Source: a virus. Taken from it: DNA of 64,000 bases. Location: the IMG/VR virus record IMGVR_UViG_3300045988_134583, positions 1 through 64,000 of that record. One strand, 5' to 3'. The first letter of the stretch is position 1, and every line of letters begins with the position of its first letter. The notes beneath the pieces were generated by a model. It searched no databases and was not told where the DNA came from. It was given only the letters and a program-made list of their open reading frames with translations. Positions 23,446-34,056 of this stretch are shown here, one piece after another. The position numbers were made by a program, and so were the translations under genes.

Positions 23446-24060
23446 TCACATCAAAATTATTTTGTCCTTGGCGCACAGGATTGCCCCTGCGCTGGTTACT
23501 GCCGGGAGGGTGTCCGTGTCTATCAGGCATTGGAGGAGGGTGTCGTCGTCCATCCGGATATTATTCCGGGCGACTTCCCGTTCTTCGGATGTCAAGTCCT
23601 GTTCCTGGTTATAGAGGACTGCGCCATCCAACGTAGCGGCCTTTCCCGCTCTTCGTTTAAGTGGCACTGATACGTCGTTCTGCTGCGCTATAAATATCCG
23701 TGCGGTTACTTCCCCATCTGCGTCGGAAGCTCCGGGGAGAACACTCCGAGAGCGGGAGAACATGATAGCCCCCGGTTCGCTTTCCCCGCCGACAACAGAT
23801 CCGTCCTGAAATACCGCTCTGGCCTGCACGTTGATGTACCCCTTTCTAAGGGCAAACGTGTTCTTCTGCGTAAGTGGTATCTTAAATTTCAGTGTGGCAT
23901 CGTCAAACGTAGCCGTCTCAGGCCACGTTTTTCTGATATCCCCTACCATAAATTCAACGCTGGTAACATTGTTGGGCGTTATGGCTTGCCCGTCCAGCGA
24001 TAGCAGGGTGATGTTAAGCGGGTATTCGTCTCCTTGCATCATCTTGAAAAATCTGGGCAT
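23446..24060 (-). CDS. baseplate/fibre-associated protein (BppU-N-like N-terminus)
   Basis: N-terminal MQGDEYPLNITLLSLDGQAITPNNVTSVEFMVG resembles baseplate upper protein N-domains. YNQEQDLTSEEREVARNNI is a fibre-like motif. Confidence 0.5.
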   Translation of the reverse strand: MPRFFKMMQGDEYPLNITLLSLDGQAITPNNVTSVEFMVGDIRKTWPETATFDDATLKFKIPLTQKNTFALRKGYINVQARAVFQDGSVVGGESEPGAIMFSRSRSVLPGASDADGEVTARIFIAQQNDVSVPLKRRAGKAATLDGAVLYNQEQDLTSEEREVARNNIRMDDDTLLQCLIDTDTLPAVTSAGAILCAKDKIILM

Positions 24061-24070
24061 GTATTCTCCT

Positions 24071-27000
24071 TTATTGTGCAGTCGTGATCGTGGCTACCGG
24101 GAAATCCTGTACGGAAGTGGCGTTAATGGTCATGCTTCCCGTCTGCCCTATGGGGATGGTGTATCCCGTTACGAGGTGTCTTTCTACCGGATTCCCGGGC
24201 TTGTCCGTGCGCTGAATAGTAACAAGGTTGTTTTCCACAAGATGGAACATCTGCGTACTTTCTATCGTGACGGACTTCTTCAATATACTTTGACGTTTCA
24301 GTTTGAAAACTGCCAGAGATTCACAGATATCCTGCGTATAGTAACCACTCTGCTGATATCTTTTGGTCTTTTTCCCGATAAGGTTTGCATTGGTGTCGCT
24401 GGCAGGATCGTAATTTGTGGCTCTGCCTGCGGTCTGCCCGTATTCGGACAGGGATTCCCCCATAATGATTATGTCGTTGTATACTTCGGAGTTTTTAACG
24501 ACATAGGTAGCCCCCAGAAATGTAGAATTGAGGGGCGTAAACTCCCACTGTATTGGCTTATTCTGGTCTACGATATCATCCTGCGAAGGACTTAAACGGA
24601 GCTGCCCGAAAGCGTCATACCCTATCCACCCCGCCAGCATCGTATTCAGTTCCAAAATAACGTCTGCATAGGAGCCGTTGTCGCTGTCGCACCTATATGT
24701 GTACGGCGTATTGGTAAGCGGTACGGTGGTTCCATCCGGCAGGGTAGTGGTTTTCCCGTTGTAGTACCCGGTAAAGACGGGTATGGTAGCATCCACTTTC
24801 TGCCCGTTGCCCCGGTCGAATTGCAGGATGGAATTGATAGCGTTAAATATATTACTATTTAAGGGTATTTCGTAGGTTCCGTCAAGATTTCCAAACAGCG
24901 TCCCGTCCAGATATGCCCACTTATCTACGAGGTTCAGAGTAGTCTGTTTCAGCCCCGGCTTGAATACTTCCTCCGGGTCTTTGATGTAAAACACGCCCTG
25001 AGACAGATAAAATGGCTCTCCGCCGGGAAGAACAATCCCCATCCACAACTGTACCTGCTGGCCGAACCAGAGTTTGTTTACGTTGTAATCATACTCCCCG
25101 TCAAGGTTTGCGAGAGTGACAGTAGCCGTTCTTCTCGCTCCGTTTTGCAGATTGACAGACAGTGAGCCTTCCTGAATAAATGCCCCGCTCCGGGAGTTTA
25201 ATTCGTTATAGTCCAGCGAGAAAGCAACAGACCCGTTCGGATTAAGGAAGTCAAGCCGCGCCAGCTTCTTATACTGCCCTTTTAACGCCTGTAAATACTG
25301 CGTCCACTGCGTATCCAGAGCCAGCACTACATTCTCTATCGTAATGGATGCAGTACCCGTCCAAACGGTTGCACTGGAAGTCCCTACCGTATTGGTAACG
25401 GCAGCCTTATACTGGGTAACGCCGCCTACTCTGGTATTGGGAGTAAAGATACTTCCCGTTTCGCCCGTTATAGGGGTGAACTGGCTGCCTTTATAGCTCT
25501 TATACCACTGATAGGAGATCGTCCCATAGGGAGCCGTAGCGGATGCATTCAGGGGCGTTGCAAGGTCGCCAGCGTTGTAGGTAGCGTCCTGCATGTAATA
25601 GTAGGATGTGAAGGTCGGCGCTTGTGCCTTTACAACCTTTACCTGGGCTACATTGCTGGTGATCTCTCTGGTATGCCCCGCACGGATGGCCGTTACCTTC
25701 ACCTTGTAATACAGGGAGCCGTCCTGCGTAGTGTCCGGGGCGTAGATAGCCTGATCTTCCGGCAGAGTGGTCAGCCATGCCCAGTTATCTGCGCCGTTCG
25801 GGCTTCTTCCCCACAGATAGTGGTTTATAAGACCGTTGGGCTTTACCGTACCGTCAAGCGGAGTGGCCGCAGTACCGATAGGCACTGCCTGATAGGAAAG
25901 CAGATCGCTCCGAAATTCTACAGGGATCTCCCCTCCCCAATACGGATAGAGGGTAATGCTCTGGTTCGCCGAATACACGGCATTTAGGTCGTAATCCTTG
26001 TTTCCGCCATCCGTCGTTGCCCATCCTACCTGCGTCCACCCTAACCGGGTAAATGTCACGCCCAGCAGGGTTATAGGCGTTCCGATGATCTGCGAAGCGG
26101 ACTGAGGCGTTCCCGTTCCGTTCGCACCGGGCGCATACGTTACCGTATAGGTGTTCAACTCCCAAACGGCATACAGCGTGGTATTTTCCGTAAGAGAGAT
26201 GCTGTCTCCCGCCTGATATGCCGCCGTTCCCGTAGGAGTAGTAGCCCAGCCCCTAAAGGCATATCTGTCCTTAGTAGGCACGGAAGCGGTTATGGTGGTG
26301 GTGTAGCCGCTTGCGCTTGCGTACACGGTTTCGGCGGCAGGAGCGTTGGTTCCGCCGTTGGCGTTATAGGCCAGAGTTACATAGGCCAGCTCGTAGTTTA
26401 GGGACATGCCGGATATCGTGGCCGTCCCGTTATAATTGCTTACGTCTCCGTCCCTATACCTGCCTACATTCAGGATGCATACGCCAGTGCTCTTTATTGC
26501 CTGTATGAGGCTGGCAGACAGCGGGATGGAGGTGGAAGTCCCGTCCAGCGTAGCCGTCTGGAACACCGCACCGCTGATGCTGTTTAGGAACTGAGGCGCA
26601 CTTACCGCAGTAATGTAAACCTGCCAGCTGGATACGTTGGAATGGGAGATCGTCAGCGTACCGGACTTGATAAGATCAGGCGTTACCGCAAAGGAACCGC
26701 ACCTCTCGTAGGAGGTTCGAGCGGAGGACAGAGAGTAGGTGCAGGTGCATCGAACAGTTACCCTCCAACCGTTGCCCAAACTCTCTATGTTGGTAGTGGT
26801 GTAGCTGTAGCTTTCGCCGGATCTTCCCTCGTCCGAATAGGCGTTACCTATAAGGGTACTGGTGCCTGTAGACAGGGTTCCGTTGCTCAGATACCACGTT
26901 CCTATGGCAGCGCGGTTATTTATGGCCGACTGGAAGGATATGGCAGCTCTTGCATTGGCCTGTGCTGCACTGATAGCCGCCGCAGAAGTGCTCCCAGTCC

Positions 27001-27091
27001 CGGAAGCCGTAGCAGACGATGTAAAACCGCCCCTCGTTCTTCTCGCTATCGTATTGATGCCCGTAGACATCGTAGCCGCAAGTATAGGCAT
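24071..27091 (-). CDS. large tail tip protein (Tal/prophage-tail-like C-terminal half; Listeria-Bacteroides-repeat and Ig-like N-terminal half)
   Basis: 1006 aa directly downstream of the Dit-position gene. YNANGGTNAP...FRGWATTPTG...LYAVW and YTVTYAPGANGTG...GWTQVGWATT are Flg_new-type repeats. Confidence 0.7.
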   Translation of the reverse strand: MPILAATMSTGINTIARRTRGGFTSSATASGTGSTSAAAISAAQANARAAISFQSAINNRAAIGTWYLSNGTLSTGTSTLIGNAYSDEGRSGESYSYTTTNIESLGNGWRVTVRCTCTYSLSSARTSYERCGSFAVTPDLIKSGTLTISHSNVSSWQVYITAVSAPQFLNSISGAVFQTATLDGTSTSIPLSASLIQAIKSTGVCILNVGRYRDGDVSNYNGTATISGMSLNYELAYVTLAYNANGGTNAPAAETVYASASGYTTTITASVPTKDRYAFRGWATTPTGTAAYQAGDSISLTENTTLYAVWELNTYTVTYAPGANGTGTPQSASQIIGTPITLLGVTFTRLGWTQVGWATTDGGNKDYDLNAVYSANQSITLYPYWGGEIPVEFRSDLLSYQAVPIGTAATPLDGTVKPNGLINHYLWGRSPNGADNWAWLTTLPEDQAIYAPDTTQDGSLYYKVKVTAIRAGHTREITSNVAQVKVVKAQAPTFTSYYYMQDATYNAGDLATPLNASATAPYGTISYQWYKSYKGSQFTPITGETGSIFTPNTRVGGVTQYKAAVTNTVGTSSATVWTGTASITIENVVLALDTQWTQYLQALKGQYKKLARLDFLNPNGSVAFSLDYNELNSRSGAFIQEGSLSVNLQNGARRTATVTLANLDGEYDYNVNKLWFGQQVQLWMGIVLPGGEPFYLSQGVFYIKDPEEVFKPGLKQTTLNLVDKWAYLDGTLFGNLDGTYEIPLNSNIFNAINSILQFDRGNGQKVDATIPVFTGYYNGKTTTLPDGTTVPLTNTPYTYRCDSDNGSYADVILELNTMLAGWIGYDAFGQLRLSPSQDDIVDQNKPIQWEFTPLNSTFLGATYVVKNSEVYNDIIIMGESLSEYGQTAGRATNYDPASDTNANLIGKKTKRYQQSGYYTQDICESLAVFKLKRQSILKKSVTIESTQMFHLVENNLVTIQRTDKPGNPVERHLVTGYTIPIGQTGSMTINATSVQDFPVATITTAQ

Positions 27092-27100
27092 AAGCCCTCC

Positions 27101-28555
27101 TTATTCTGCGCCCGGCCAGAAGCTATCCGTCGGCAGGGATACAATGGATTTATTCTTCGCGCTCCCGATCTCCGCCCACGATATCGTAGCTACAAGAGCT
27201 TGTTCGTAAGTATCATCCTGCGTCTGCATCGTAATGGCGGCAGAGGTGTCCACAAGGAGCACGTCCCCCTTCCGGTTCTTATAAAACTTCGGTGCATTGG
27301 AAGCGGAGATTTCGTAGATATCGTCTTGATACGCAACCGTATCTCCCTGATACTGATTCAGGCCGGATGCTTTGCCGATGTATGCTTTAACGGATCCGGT
27401 CTTATACAGGGAACTCTTGGGCTGTCTGTTCGGAAACCGGGTGAAGTTCTCCTGTAGAGACGGGCTGTTGGAGTTGGTGACGGCACCGCTCTCTACCCCT
27501 AAAGAGAAGGAATATTCGTTTGTTACCCGGTATGTACCGTCCGCATTAAGGGCGGTAAGCAGGATTGTATGTTCCCAAAACACGGGAGTAAAGCTTCCTG
27601 TCTGCACGACTTTCAGGATCTCCCCTCCCGCTCCCAGCGTCCAGATAACATAGGACACGCTCTTTTGGGAAGCGGTGGAATAATCACATATTCGGTTTGT
27701 TTCCGCTCCTACCTCTGCAATCTTGCGCAGTACAGCATCCCCAGCGTTCTGCCGATACACGATGTACTTGTAGATATTGGTCGTAAAGGTTTCCTTCGGC
27801 CATCGAAGATACACGGCGGAATGTCCGTTCAGTCTGCCCAGAACGTATCCTTCCGCAGGAGCCGTTTCCACTTCGTAGTCTGCCGAAAAGTCCACAAACC
27901 CGGTCGTTACCTGTACGCCGTTGGATGTCTGCACAGTACACTTTATTGCGTAAGTAACTCCAGACATAAGCCCCTCCACGGTATAGGAGAGAATCTGCGT
28001 CGTAATGGGGCCGGATTCTGCAATAGGATCGTCCTCCTTGCCGGAAAGAGCGAATACCCACGACACCCACGATACCGGGTCTCCCTGCGTCTGCTCGTAG
28101 TTGGCAGTGATGGTCATTTTTGCAGGATCCTCCGGGTCTGCGCTCGTGCCACCAATTTCCAGTGTAGGAGTATCCCTTGTGATAAAGACGGACGCGGAAG
28201 TCTGGGCAACACTCTCTGTATCGCTCCACCACTGCGTAATCAGCATCTTGTATCCGTATTCATAGCCGTTTACAATGCCCGCAGAAGCAATAGCGGAAGC
28301 GCTTATCTCCGTGGCAAAGAACTGCGGATTTCCCATTGCATCATGCGCCTGAAAAGGCTCTGCAAGGGCTACTTCCCCGGAGGAATACATCTGGGTGGAT
28401 TCCGTTGTGTTCTGATAAATAACGATCTGGTAGGCCGTCATGGGGCTATCCCCGTTTACCTGCCACGATACCTGTAACGGATTCGTTACATCCACCGTCC
28501 CCGCCCCTGCGCCGGAAAGACTGGACGGGGACACGTTAGAGGGCTGAAATAGCAT
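27101..28555 (-). CDS. tail protein in the distal-tail-protein (Dit) position
   Basis: 484 aa directly downstream of the tape measure gene. Call is positional. Confidence 0.55.
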   Translation of the reverse strand: MLFQPSNVSPSSLSGAGAGTVDVTNPLQVSWQVNGDSPMTAYQIVIYQNTTESTQMYSSGEVALAEPFQAHDAMGNPQFFATEISASAIASAGIVNGYEYGYKMLITQWWSDTESVAQTSASVFITRDTPTLEIGGTSADPEDPAKMTITANYEQTQGDPVSWVSWVFALSGKEDDPIAESGPITTQILSYTVEGLMSGVTYAIKCTVQTSNGVQVTTGFVDFSADYEVETAPAEGYVLGRLNGHSAVYLRWPKETFTTNIYKYIVYRQNAGDAVLRKIAEVGAETNRICDYSTASQKSVSYVIWTLGAGGEILKVVQTGSFTPVFWEHTILLTALNADGTYRVTNEYSFSLGVESGAVTNSNSPSLQENFTRFPNRQPKSSLYKTGSVKAYIGKASGLNQYQGDTVAYQDDIYEISASNAPKFYKNRKGDVLLVDTSAAITMQTQDDTYEQALVATISWAEIGSAKNKSIVSLPTDSFWPGAE

Positions 28556-28568
28556 CTATTTTCTCCGA

Positions 28569-31500
28569 TCACATGGATTCATTGGCGTATATGGACAAGG
28601 TGCTCAACACCTGAGACATGGGCTTGTTTGCCATATCCGCGCCGATCTTAACGCCGTTGATGTAGTAGTTTCTGCTGTTGTTTGTATTGGAAATGGAGCT
28701 GTTTCGCGTGGAGAATTTATTGCCGGAAGTTCCTGCTTCCACGAGTGCCCGGATGGATCGGGTGAAGTTCATGAACTGAGCGTTCTTAACCGGGCTAAGC
28801 ACGTCCTTCGTAATAGACGGCCCTATAACCACTTCGTCCCCAACTGCGCCTTTAGGCATATAGCCAGAGCCGGAAGCAATTCCGCCCTCATCGAACATCA
28901 TGTCGGTTCTGCTTCCACCGCTCCTTCTATCTACGGCAGAACTGACCTCTTGCTTTTTATTCTCTGTCTTTCCCCCGCCGCCTCCGGAACTCTTAGATTC
29001 CTTCGTTTCCGTCTTGGCCGTCTGCGCCTTATATCCGGCATTTATGATAGCCATGACAGCTTCATTTATGGCCGCATCGAACTTGGTTCCTGCTCCGTAA
29101 ATAATTTCCGTAAAGCCGTCCAGCACCCCGCCTACGTTTTCAGCGGCTTCTTTCAGCGCCGGAACTCCGCTGTTCTGCATATCCTGCAAGATTTCTGTAA
29201 TGCCCCTTGCGGGTGCTTCCATCGTCTTTAGGATATCTTCCCACTGCTTTACCGTGGCATCGTACTGGGCCTGAATAGCATCTTTCTGCGCCTGCAAGCC
29301 GTCCAGTATGGCCTGATATTCCTGCTCGGCCTTGAAGTCGTCCAGATTCTTCTGAGCGTCGTCCAGCTTTTCCTGTGCACTTGCGACGGCCTTCTGATCG
29401 GCCATCCACTCCCACTGCTTCGTATCCTCGTTGTAATACCGGACAGTCCGCTCTACCTGCGCTTGGAGCAGATTCTTTTGGGCTTCTTCTACCGCAAGCT
29501 GCAATTCAAGGAGCTTATCGGCCTCTTCCTGCGCTTCTTTGGAGGCTTTCAGCGCATCTATCTGTGCGTCGATTTCCTCCTGTCGCTTATCCGCTTCCTC
29601 CTTGGCCTTGTCCTTGTACCAGTTTACCCACTCCCTAAATTCGGACAGGATATCGTCCGGATTTTTGGAACTGGTAGAACCGGAGGAAGAACCGCCGCCG
29701 GAAGAAGTGGAGGAAGAACCGCCCCCCTTGGGAGAGGTTGTATTGAGCCATCCATCTTTTCCGCCTGCAAAAGCCGGGAGAGAACCGCCAAATGTGTTCT
29801 TGGTTTCGGCAGCGGTGAGCACCATATCGTCCGCACTCAGATTGACGATAGCGGGCTTGCCGTGATTGGCAACATAGGCACTTCCGGTGCGGTTGTTGAC
29901 AATAAGCTCCGGTTTGGAGCCGTCTGCTGGGTGTTCGTCGTTTACAAGAGCCAGACCGGAGTAGGAATCTCGTTTGCCCTTTGCTCTACCGCCTATGCCG
30001 GAAGTGGGTGATCCGCTTGTCGGCCCCTGTACACTAACCGGAATAACGATTGGATGTTTGGACGCTTCTGCCTGTGCATTTGCGGCTACTGTCTTTCCGT
30101 ATTGCTGTCCCTGCTCGGCGGCATAGCCCATGTCGGCAGGAATTTCTGTGCCGCCCTTTTCCTTTTGCTTGGCAATCCACTCAGAAATTTCTTCGGAGTA
30201 CATTCCCAAAGACTGGATAAAGGAGGCCCATACGGTCTCAGATACGCCAGTAGCCGACGCCATCTGGGCAAGGAACTCATCTACGCTCTTATTGCCCAGA
30301 TCGAACGACCATGCATATTCGTCTCCCATGTCCTGCATGGAAGCGATAATCTCTCCGGTGGCATCCCGCACAACGTAAGCACCGTCTGTGGTCTGCTCTG
30401 CAATATTCTGCCAGAACTCAGCAGACGCATCGGAGTAATTGCCGGTCTTAATAGCATCCATGTATGCGCTAAGACCGATTTCAGCCGCATACTCCATAAG
30501 TCCTGCGGCATCGTCTGCGTACTTTTCCCTTACCTCGTCGGAGAAAAGGAGGTCTGCGGACTTCAAGAACGCATTGGAACCGTAGTATCCCTTGTCTGCG
30601 GCTTCGGACATGGCATCGTAGATATCCCCGATGCCTTTTATATCCTCGTCAAGCTCTCCTTTTATGGCTTCCGCAGTATCCTTTATCTTCTGCGAAGCGT
30701 TTGAGAATGCTTCTTCCAGCTGGGTTCCGGAATCAGCTACCTTTTCCGTGCTATTGGCTGCGTTTGCGGCGGCTTCGGCATATTCGGTATACGCCTGTGC
30801 CAGCATATTGATAATCCGGTTCTGCTGTTCCAGCGGGAGGTCGGAATCTTGGATTGTTTTTATCAGTTTATCGTAGTTCTCCTGCGAATCTACGGTAACT
30901 TCATTCAGGAATCCAGCCAACGTCTTTCTATCGTTGGCCGCAACTTCTTCGTTTAGAGCGCTGCGATAGGCATTCGCCGTGTCGCCCAGCTTATTCGTCC
31001 AGTCTTTAAGGGACTTATAAGTATCCGTCTGGAATATGGATTCGTCACCGGTCTCTTTGGCAACCTGATCGTATTCTTTCAGTAAAGATACGGCAGCTTC
31101 ATAAAACGTGAGGATTTCTTTGGCGTCGCTTTTATCGAACCGAAGATTATACTTGGTTCCGCCGTTAGTGATGAATTTTTCTACATCACCACCAGCTTTT
31201 TTAAGCGTAAAGAAGGTTTTTCTGGAAAGACCGCCCCGGTACTTATCCAAGTCGGTGAAATCGAATCCGTCCAGACCGACACGGTTTTCAAAGATATTGC
31301 TGGCTTCCGCTTTAAGGCTTTCTGCCGCATCCGACCTTGCCTTAAACGCCGCCGTTTCAGCTTCTTCCAGCTTCGCCTGCGTAAGTTTTTTTATCTTTTC
31401 CGCAGTAAGTTCAGCCGCATCACCTTCTACACCCAAAGCAGCAGCAAGATCCTTTGCGGCCTTGGTGTGTTCCTCCGTATCGCTCTTTGTAGCTTCCAGT

Positions 31501-33488
31501 GCCTCGCCCAGTGTAAGTATCTTTAGGCTGGCATCGTTGGCCGCTTTCGCTTCCTTTAAGGATTCCTCAGCAGTGTCTTTCAGTTCTTGCTTGTAGTTAT
31601 TGTAGGCAACTACAGCTATGGCGATAGCCGCCACCAAAGCTACCGCAGCGGCCTGCACTATGGAAAGCATGGTTGCCGAAGTGGCAGCCGCAGTCCCCAG
31701 CGTTGTCAGGGATGTTGCAAAGCCTTTTACGCTGGTTATTGCTGTTTGTACGAAGCCAACAAAATCTTTTAGCTTTATGGCTGCCAGCGCAGCACCTACA
31801 ATCGCAAGCGCCGTCCCCAGATCGCCAAAACCGCTTATTAACTTCGTTACGCCGTCAATAAGCCCCTTTATCCAGTCCGTTTTTACAGTGTTGGACACGA
31901 ACTCTGCCCAGGTGTTTTTGAGAATGTTGACCTTGGCGTCCCAGCTGGTCAGCGCGTTCTCGACTTCCTTGTCTGCACTCCCTACCGAATTGGTAAAGGA
32001 ATCCAGCATGGATTCATACATATCCCAGTTCTGGATAAGAGCCAAAAGCTGGGAAGAACGGAGCTTACCGGAAATATCCGTTACCTGTTCCATCAACTCC
32101 TGCGCATTGAGCGTACCTTCTTTGTACGCCTTCGCAAGAGCGCCGATAGCCTCCATAGGGTCTATCAGATCCCCGGTAGCATCGGCAGCGGCCATAACAT
32201 CCGGGATATACTGGCGCAGAACATCCCGCAGGCCTTCAATTTCCCCGGCAGTCCACTGAGCACCGTCCTCTATCTCCGTCTTGGTGTCCCCAACGATGTT
32301 GAGCATCAGGGCACGAAGAGCACGAGCAGCTTCGGAACCGCTTCTCTGGGTAACTGCTGTAATAGTGCCCAGTGCAGCGGAAAGTTGGTCTGCGCCTACG
32401 CCTACCTGTGCGGCAACAGGGGCAACAATACCCATGCCCTCTGCCAGTTTCTCCATGGTAGTGGCGTAGTTATTATCGATCTCGTTTGCGCCGTCGATAA
32501 TCTTGTTCAGTTTCTCTACGCTTCCGCCCAGCTTATAGGCGGCATCTACGGAGATCAGGAACTGATTGGCGGTCTTTGCAGACATATCGCCTACCAGCTG
32601 TGTCTTTGCGGACAATTCAGCCAAATCAGCTATCTGCTCCTTATATCCTGCTCGGGCAAACGATGCGGCGGCGGAAAGATAGGAATCGGCCGTAGTACCG
32701 AGAGCGGATCCGGTCTTATACGCCTGTTCTTCCAACGTGGCCAGCTGCTCTTCGTTGAAGCCTGTGACCTTACGGACAGTTACCAGCTCGGAATCCACCG
32801 CTTTCATGGTGTCCAGAGCGTCGTTCATTGCCTTTCTCAGTTCGGAAAAGGCGATAGATTTCAGCCTGAAACCCAGGGTAGAAAGAGCGGTATTGTATCG
32901 TTCTGCGCTGGCGCTTGCCTGACCGGCAGACTGCGCATATTCTTTTTGTGCAGCGGCATCTTTTAGGGCTACACCAGCGTTTTTTTCATGTTGCTGTGCA
33001 ACCTTCAAGGCCTGTTGATAGGTCTTTTCTGTTGCTTGTGCCGTTCCCTGCTGTGCTTTTACTATGTCTGCTCCGCTTTTGGAAACGGTCTGGGTAGTCT
33101 TTTCCTGCGCTTGCTGGAATTTAAGCGCTTCCTGTCTGCTCTTTTCTACGGATTGCCGTGTTTTTTCATTGGCAGCCTGCGCTTTTGCCTGCTCCTGAGT
33201 GGTTTTCTGTATGGCCTGTGCAGTCTTTTCCTGCTCCCGTGCATATTTTGCGTTGGCGGCATCCGCTTTTGCCTGCTGTGCGGCCAGTTTTGCCTGTTCC
33301 GTAGCCAATTTCGCCTGCGCAGTAGCCAGTTTCAGGGCTTCTTTGGAGAGTCCTTCTACGCCTTTTGTATCTACCGAAAAGCTGATTTTTGTGCCGCTTA
33401 TAAGCTGTGCCGTTTTTTGCAGCTCTTGGAGCTTGGCAAGCGCATTATTCTCTTGGAGGTCTACTTTCAGTCTTACGATTTCAGGCAT
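28569..33488 (-). CDS. tail tape measure protein
   Basis: 1639 aa. Long Ala/Gln/Lys coiled coils, a TP901-type core (TMEKLAEGMGIVAPVAAQVGV...ALRALMLNI) and a TM-like segment. Confidence 0.9.
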   Translation of the reverse strand: MPEIVRLKVDLQENNALAKLQELQKTAQLISGTKISFSVDTKGVEGLSKEALKLATAQAKLATEQAKLAAQQAKADAANAKYAREQEKTAQAIQKTTQEQAKAQAANEKTRQSVEKSRQEALKFQQAQEKTTQTVSKSGADIVKAQQGTAQATEKTYQQALKVAQQHEKNAGVALKDAAAQKEYAQSAGQASASAERYNTALSTLGFRLKSIAFSELRKAMNDALDTMKAVDSELVTVRKVTGFNEEQLATLEEQAYKTGSALGTTADSYLSAAASFARAGYKEQIADLAELSAKTQLVGDMSAKTANQFLISVDAAYKLGGSVEKLNKIIDGANEIDNNYATTMEKLAEGMGIVAPVAAQVGVGADQLSAALGTITAVTQRSGSEAARALRALMLNIVGDTKTEIEDGAQWTAGEIEGLRDVLRQYIPDVMAAADATGDLIDPMEAIGALAKAYKEGTLNAQELMEQVTDISGKLRSSQLLALIQNWDMYESMLDSFTNSVGSADKEVENALTSWDAKVNILKNTWAEFVSNTVKTDWIKGLIDGVTKLISGFGDLGTALAIVGAALAAIKLKDFVGFVQTAITSVKGFATSLTTLGTAAATSATMLSIVQAAAVALVAAIAIAVVAYNNYKQELKDTAEESLKEAKAANDASLKILTLGEALEATKSDTEEHTKAAKDLAAALGVEGDAAELTAEKIKKLTQAKLEEAETAAFKARSDAAESLKAEASNIFENRVGLDGFDFTDLDKYRGGLSRKTFFTLKKAGGDVEKFITNGGTKYNLRFDKSDAKEILTFYEAAVSLLKEYDQVAKETGDESIFQTDTYKSLKDWTNKLGDTANAYRSALNEEVAANDRKTLAGFLNEVTVDSQENYDKLIKTIQDSDLPLEQQNRIINMLAQAYTEYAEAAANAANSTEKVADSGTQLEEAFSNASQKIKDTAEAIKGELDEDIKGIGDIYDAMSEAADKGYYGSNAFLKSADLLFSDEVREKYADDAAGLMEYAAEIGLSAYMDAIKTGNYSDASAEFWQNIAEQTTDGAYVVRDATGEIIASMQDMGDEYAWSFDLGNKSVDEFLAQMASATGVSETVWASFIQSLGMYSEEISEWIAKQKEKGGTEIPADMGYAAEQGQQYGKTVAANAQAEASKHPIVIPVSVQGPTSGSPTSGIGGRAKGKRDSYSGLALVNDEHPADGSKPELIVNNRTGSAYVANHGKPAIVNLSADDMVLTAAETKNTFGGSLPAFAGGKDGWLNTTSPKGGGSSSTSSGGGSSSGSTSSKNPDDILSEFREWVNWYKDKAKEEADKRQEEIDAQIDALKASKEAQEEADKLLELQLAVEEAQKNLLQAQVERTVRYYNEDTKQWEWMADQKAVASAQEKLDDAQKNLDDFKAEQEYQAILDGLQAQKDAIQAQYDATVKQWEDILKTMEAPARGITEILQDMQNSGVPALKEAAENVGGVLDGFTEIIYGAGTKFDAAINEAVMAIINAGYKAQTAKTETKESKSSGGGGGKTENKKQEVSSAVDRRSGGSRTDMMFDEGGIASGSGYMPKGAVGDEVVIGPSITKDVLSPVKNAQFMNFTRSIRALVEAGTSGNKFSTRNSSISNTNNSRNYYINGVKIGADMANKPMSQVLSTLSIYANESM

Positions 33489-33490
33489 TC

Positions 33491-33967
33491 TTATCTCCCG
33501 TCAACGATAAATCCTCTTTTTTTAAGGCCATTCGCCAAATATGTGTCTGCGTCTCCGCTGTTTACAAAATCTTCCATTCCCGGCTGCATGAACGGACGTG
33601 CGAGGGCCTGTGCGTAAATCCGGCTGTGTTTCCAATGATATCCATGTCCGGATTCGATAATGTCGGCTATATATCCAGGATCCCATCCGTCTGTATCATC
33701 GTATGCCGAGTTACCTTTCGTGACATTCTCAACGCCGACCTCCATATCCCCGCTGTAAAACTTGTAGTTCATGGGGTCTTTCAGGCCGTCGTCGGTTTCC
33801 CTTCGCTCATATCCGTCTGGGATGGGTGTATAGACATCGTATACGCGCCGCTCTGCGCTATCGATCATTGCGATCACGATAGGGTCTATCATGTCATTTT
33901 GGAGCGTTGCATTTACGGCGTTTACGAGCTGGCTTCTAAATTTTTGATAATCGTCCATAAGGGACAT
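33491..33967 (-). CDS. hypothetical protein in the tail-assembly-chaperone position (158 aa)
   Basis: Start at MSLMDDYQ after AGGGAGGGA. Located between the major tail and tape measure genes. Confidence 0.45.
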   Translation of the reverse strand: MSLMDDYQKFRSQLVNAVNATLQNDMIDPIVIAMIDSAERRVYDVYTPIPDGYERRETDDGLKDPMNYKFYSGDMEVGVENVTKGNSAYDDTDGWDPGYIADIIESGHGYHWKHSRIYAQALARPFMQPGMEDFVNSGDADTYLANGLKKRGFIVDGR

Positions 33968-34016
33968 ACTGCATCCCTCCCTTACTCCAAAGCGCCCACG
34001 CATGGATGTTTTGGAG

Positions 34017-34049
34017 TGCGCCCCGCCATCTGCAAGACGGAGGGGCGCA
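34017..34049 (-). terminator. GC stem-loop after the major tail gene (attenuator/stabiliser)
   Basis: TGCGCCCC-loop-GGGGCGCA with no clear T-run. Confidence 0.35.
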
Positions 34050-34056
34050 ATAGAGG

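Noticed and set aside
26642-28477. Plus-strand ORFs 26642..27457 and 27569..28477. Similar antisense ORFs: 19588..20289, 23831..24595, 30054..30704, 31618..32259, 32988..34060, 35685..36236, 37999..39435, 40143..41057, 46564..47448, 49006..49785, 57422..58156 and 59075..59920
   Set aside because: All lie antisense to long, motif-supported late or early genes. They lack RBSs and have skewed, Arg/Gly/Cys- or Leu/Phe-rich translations.
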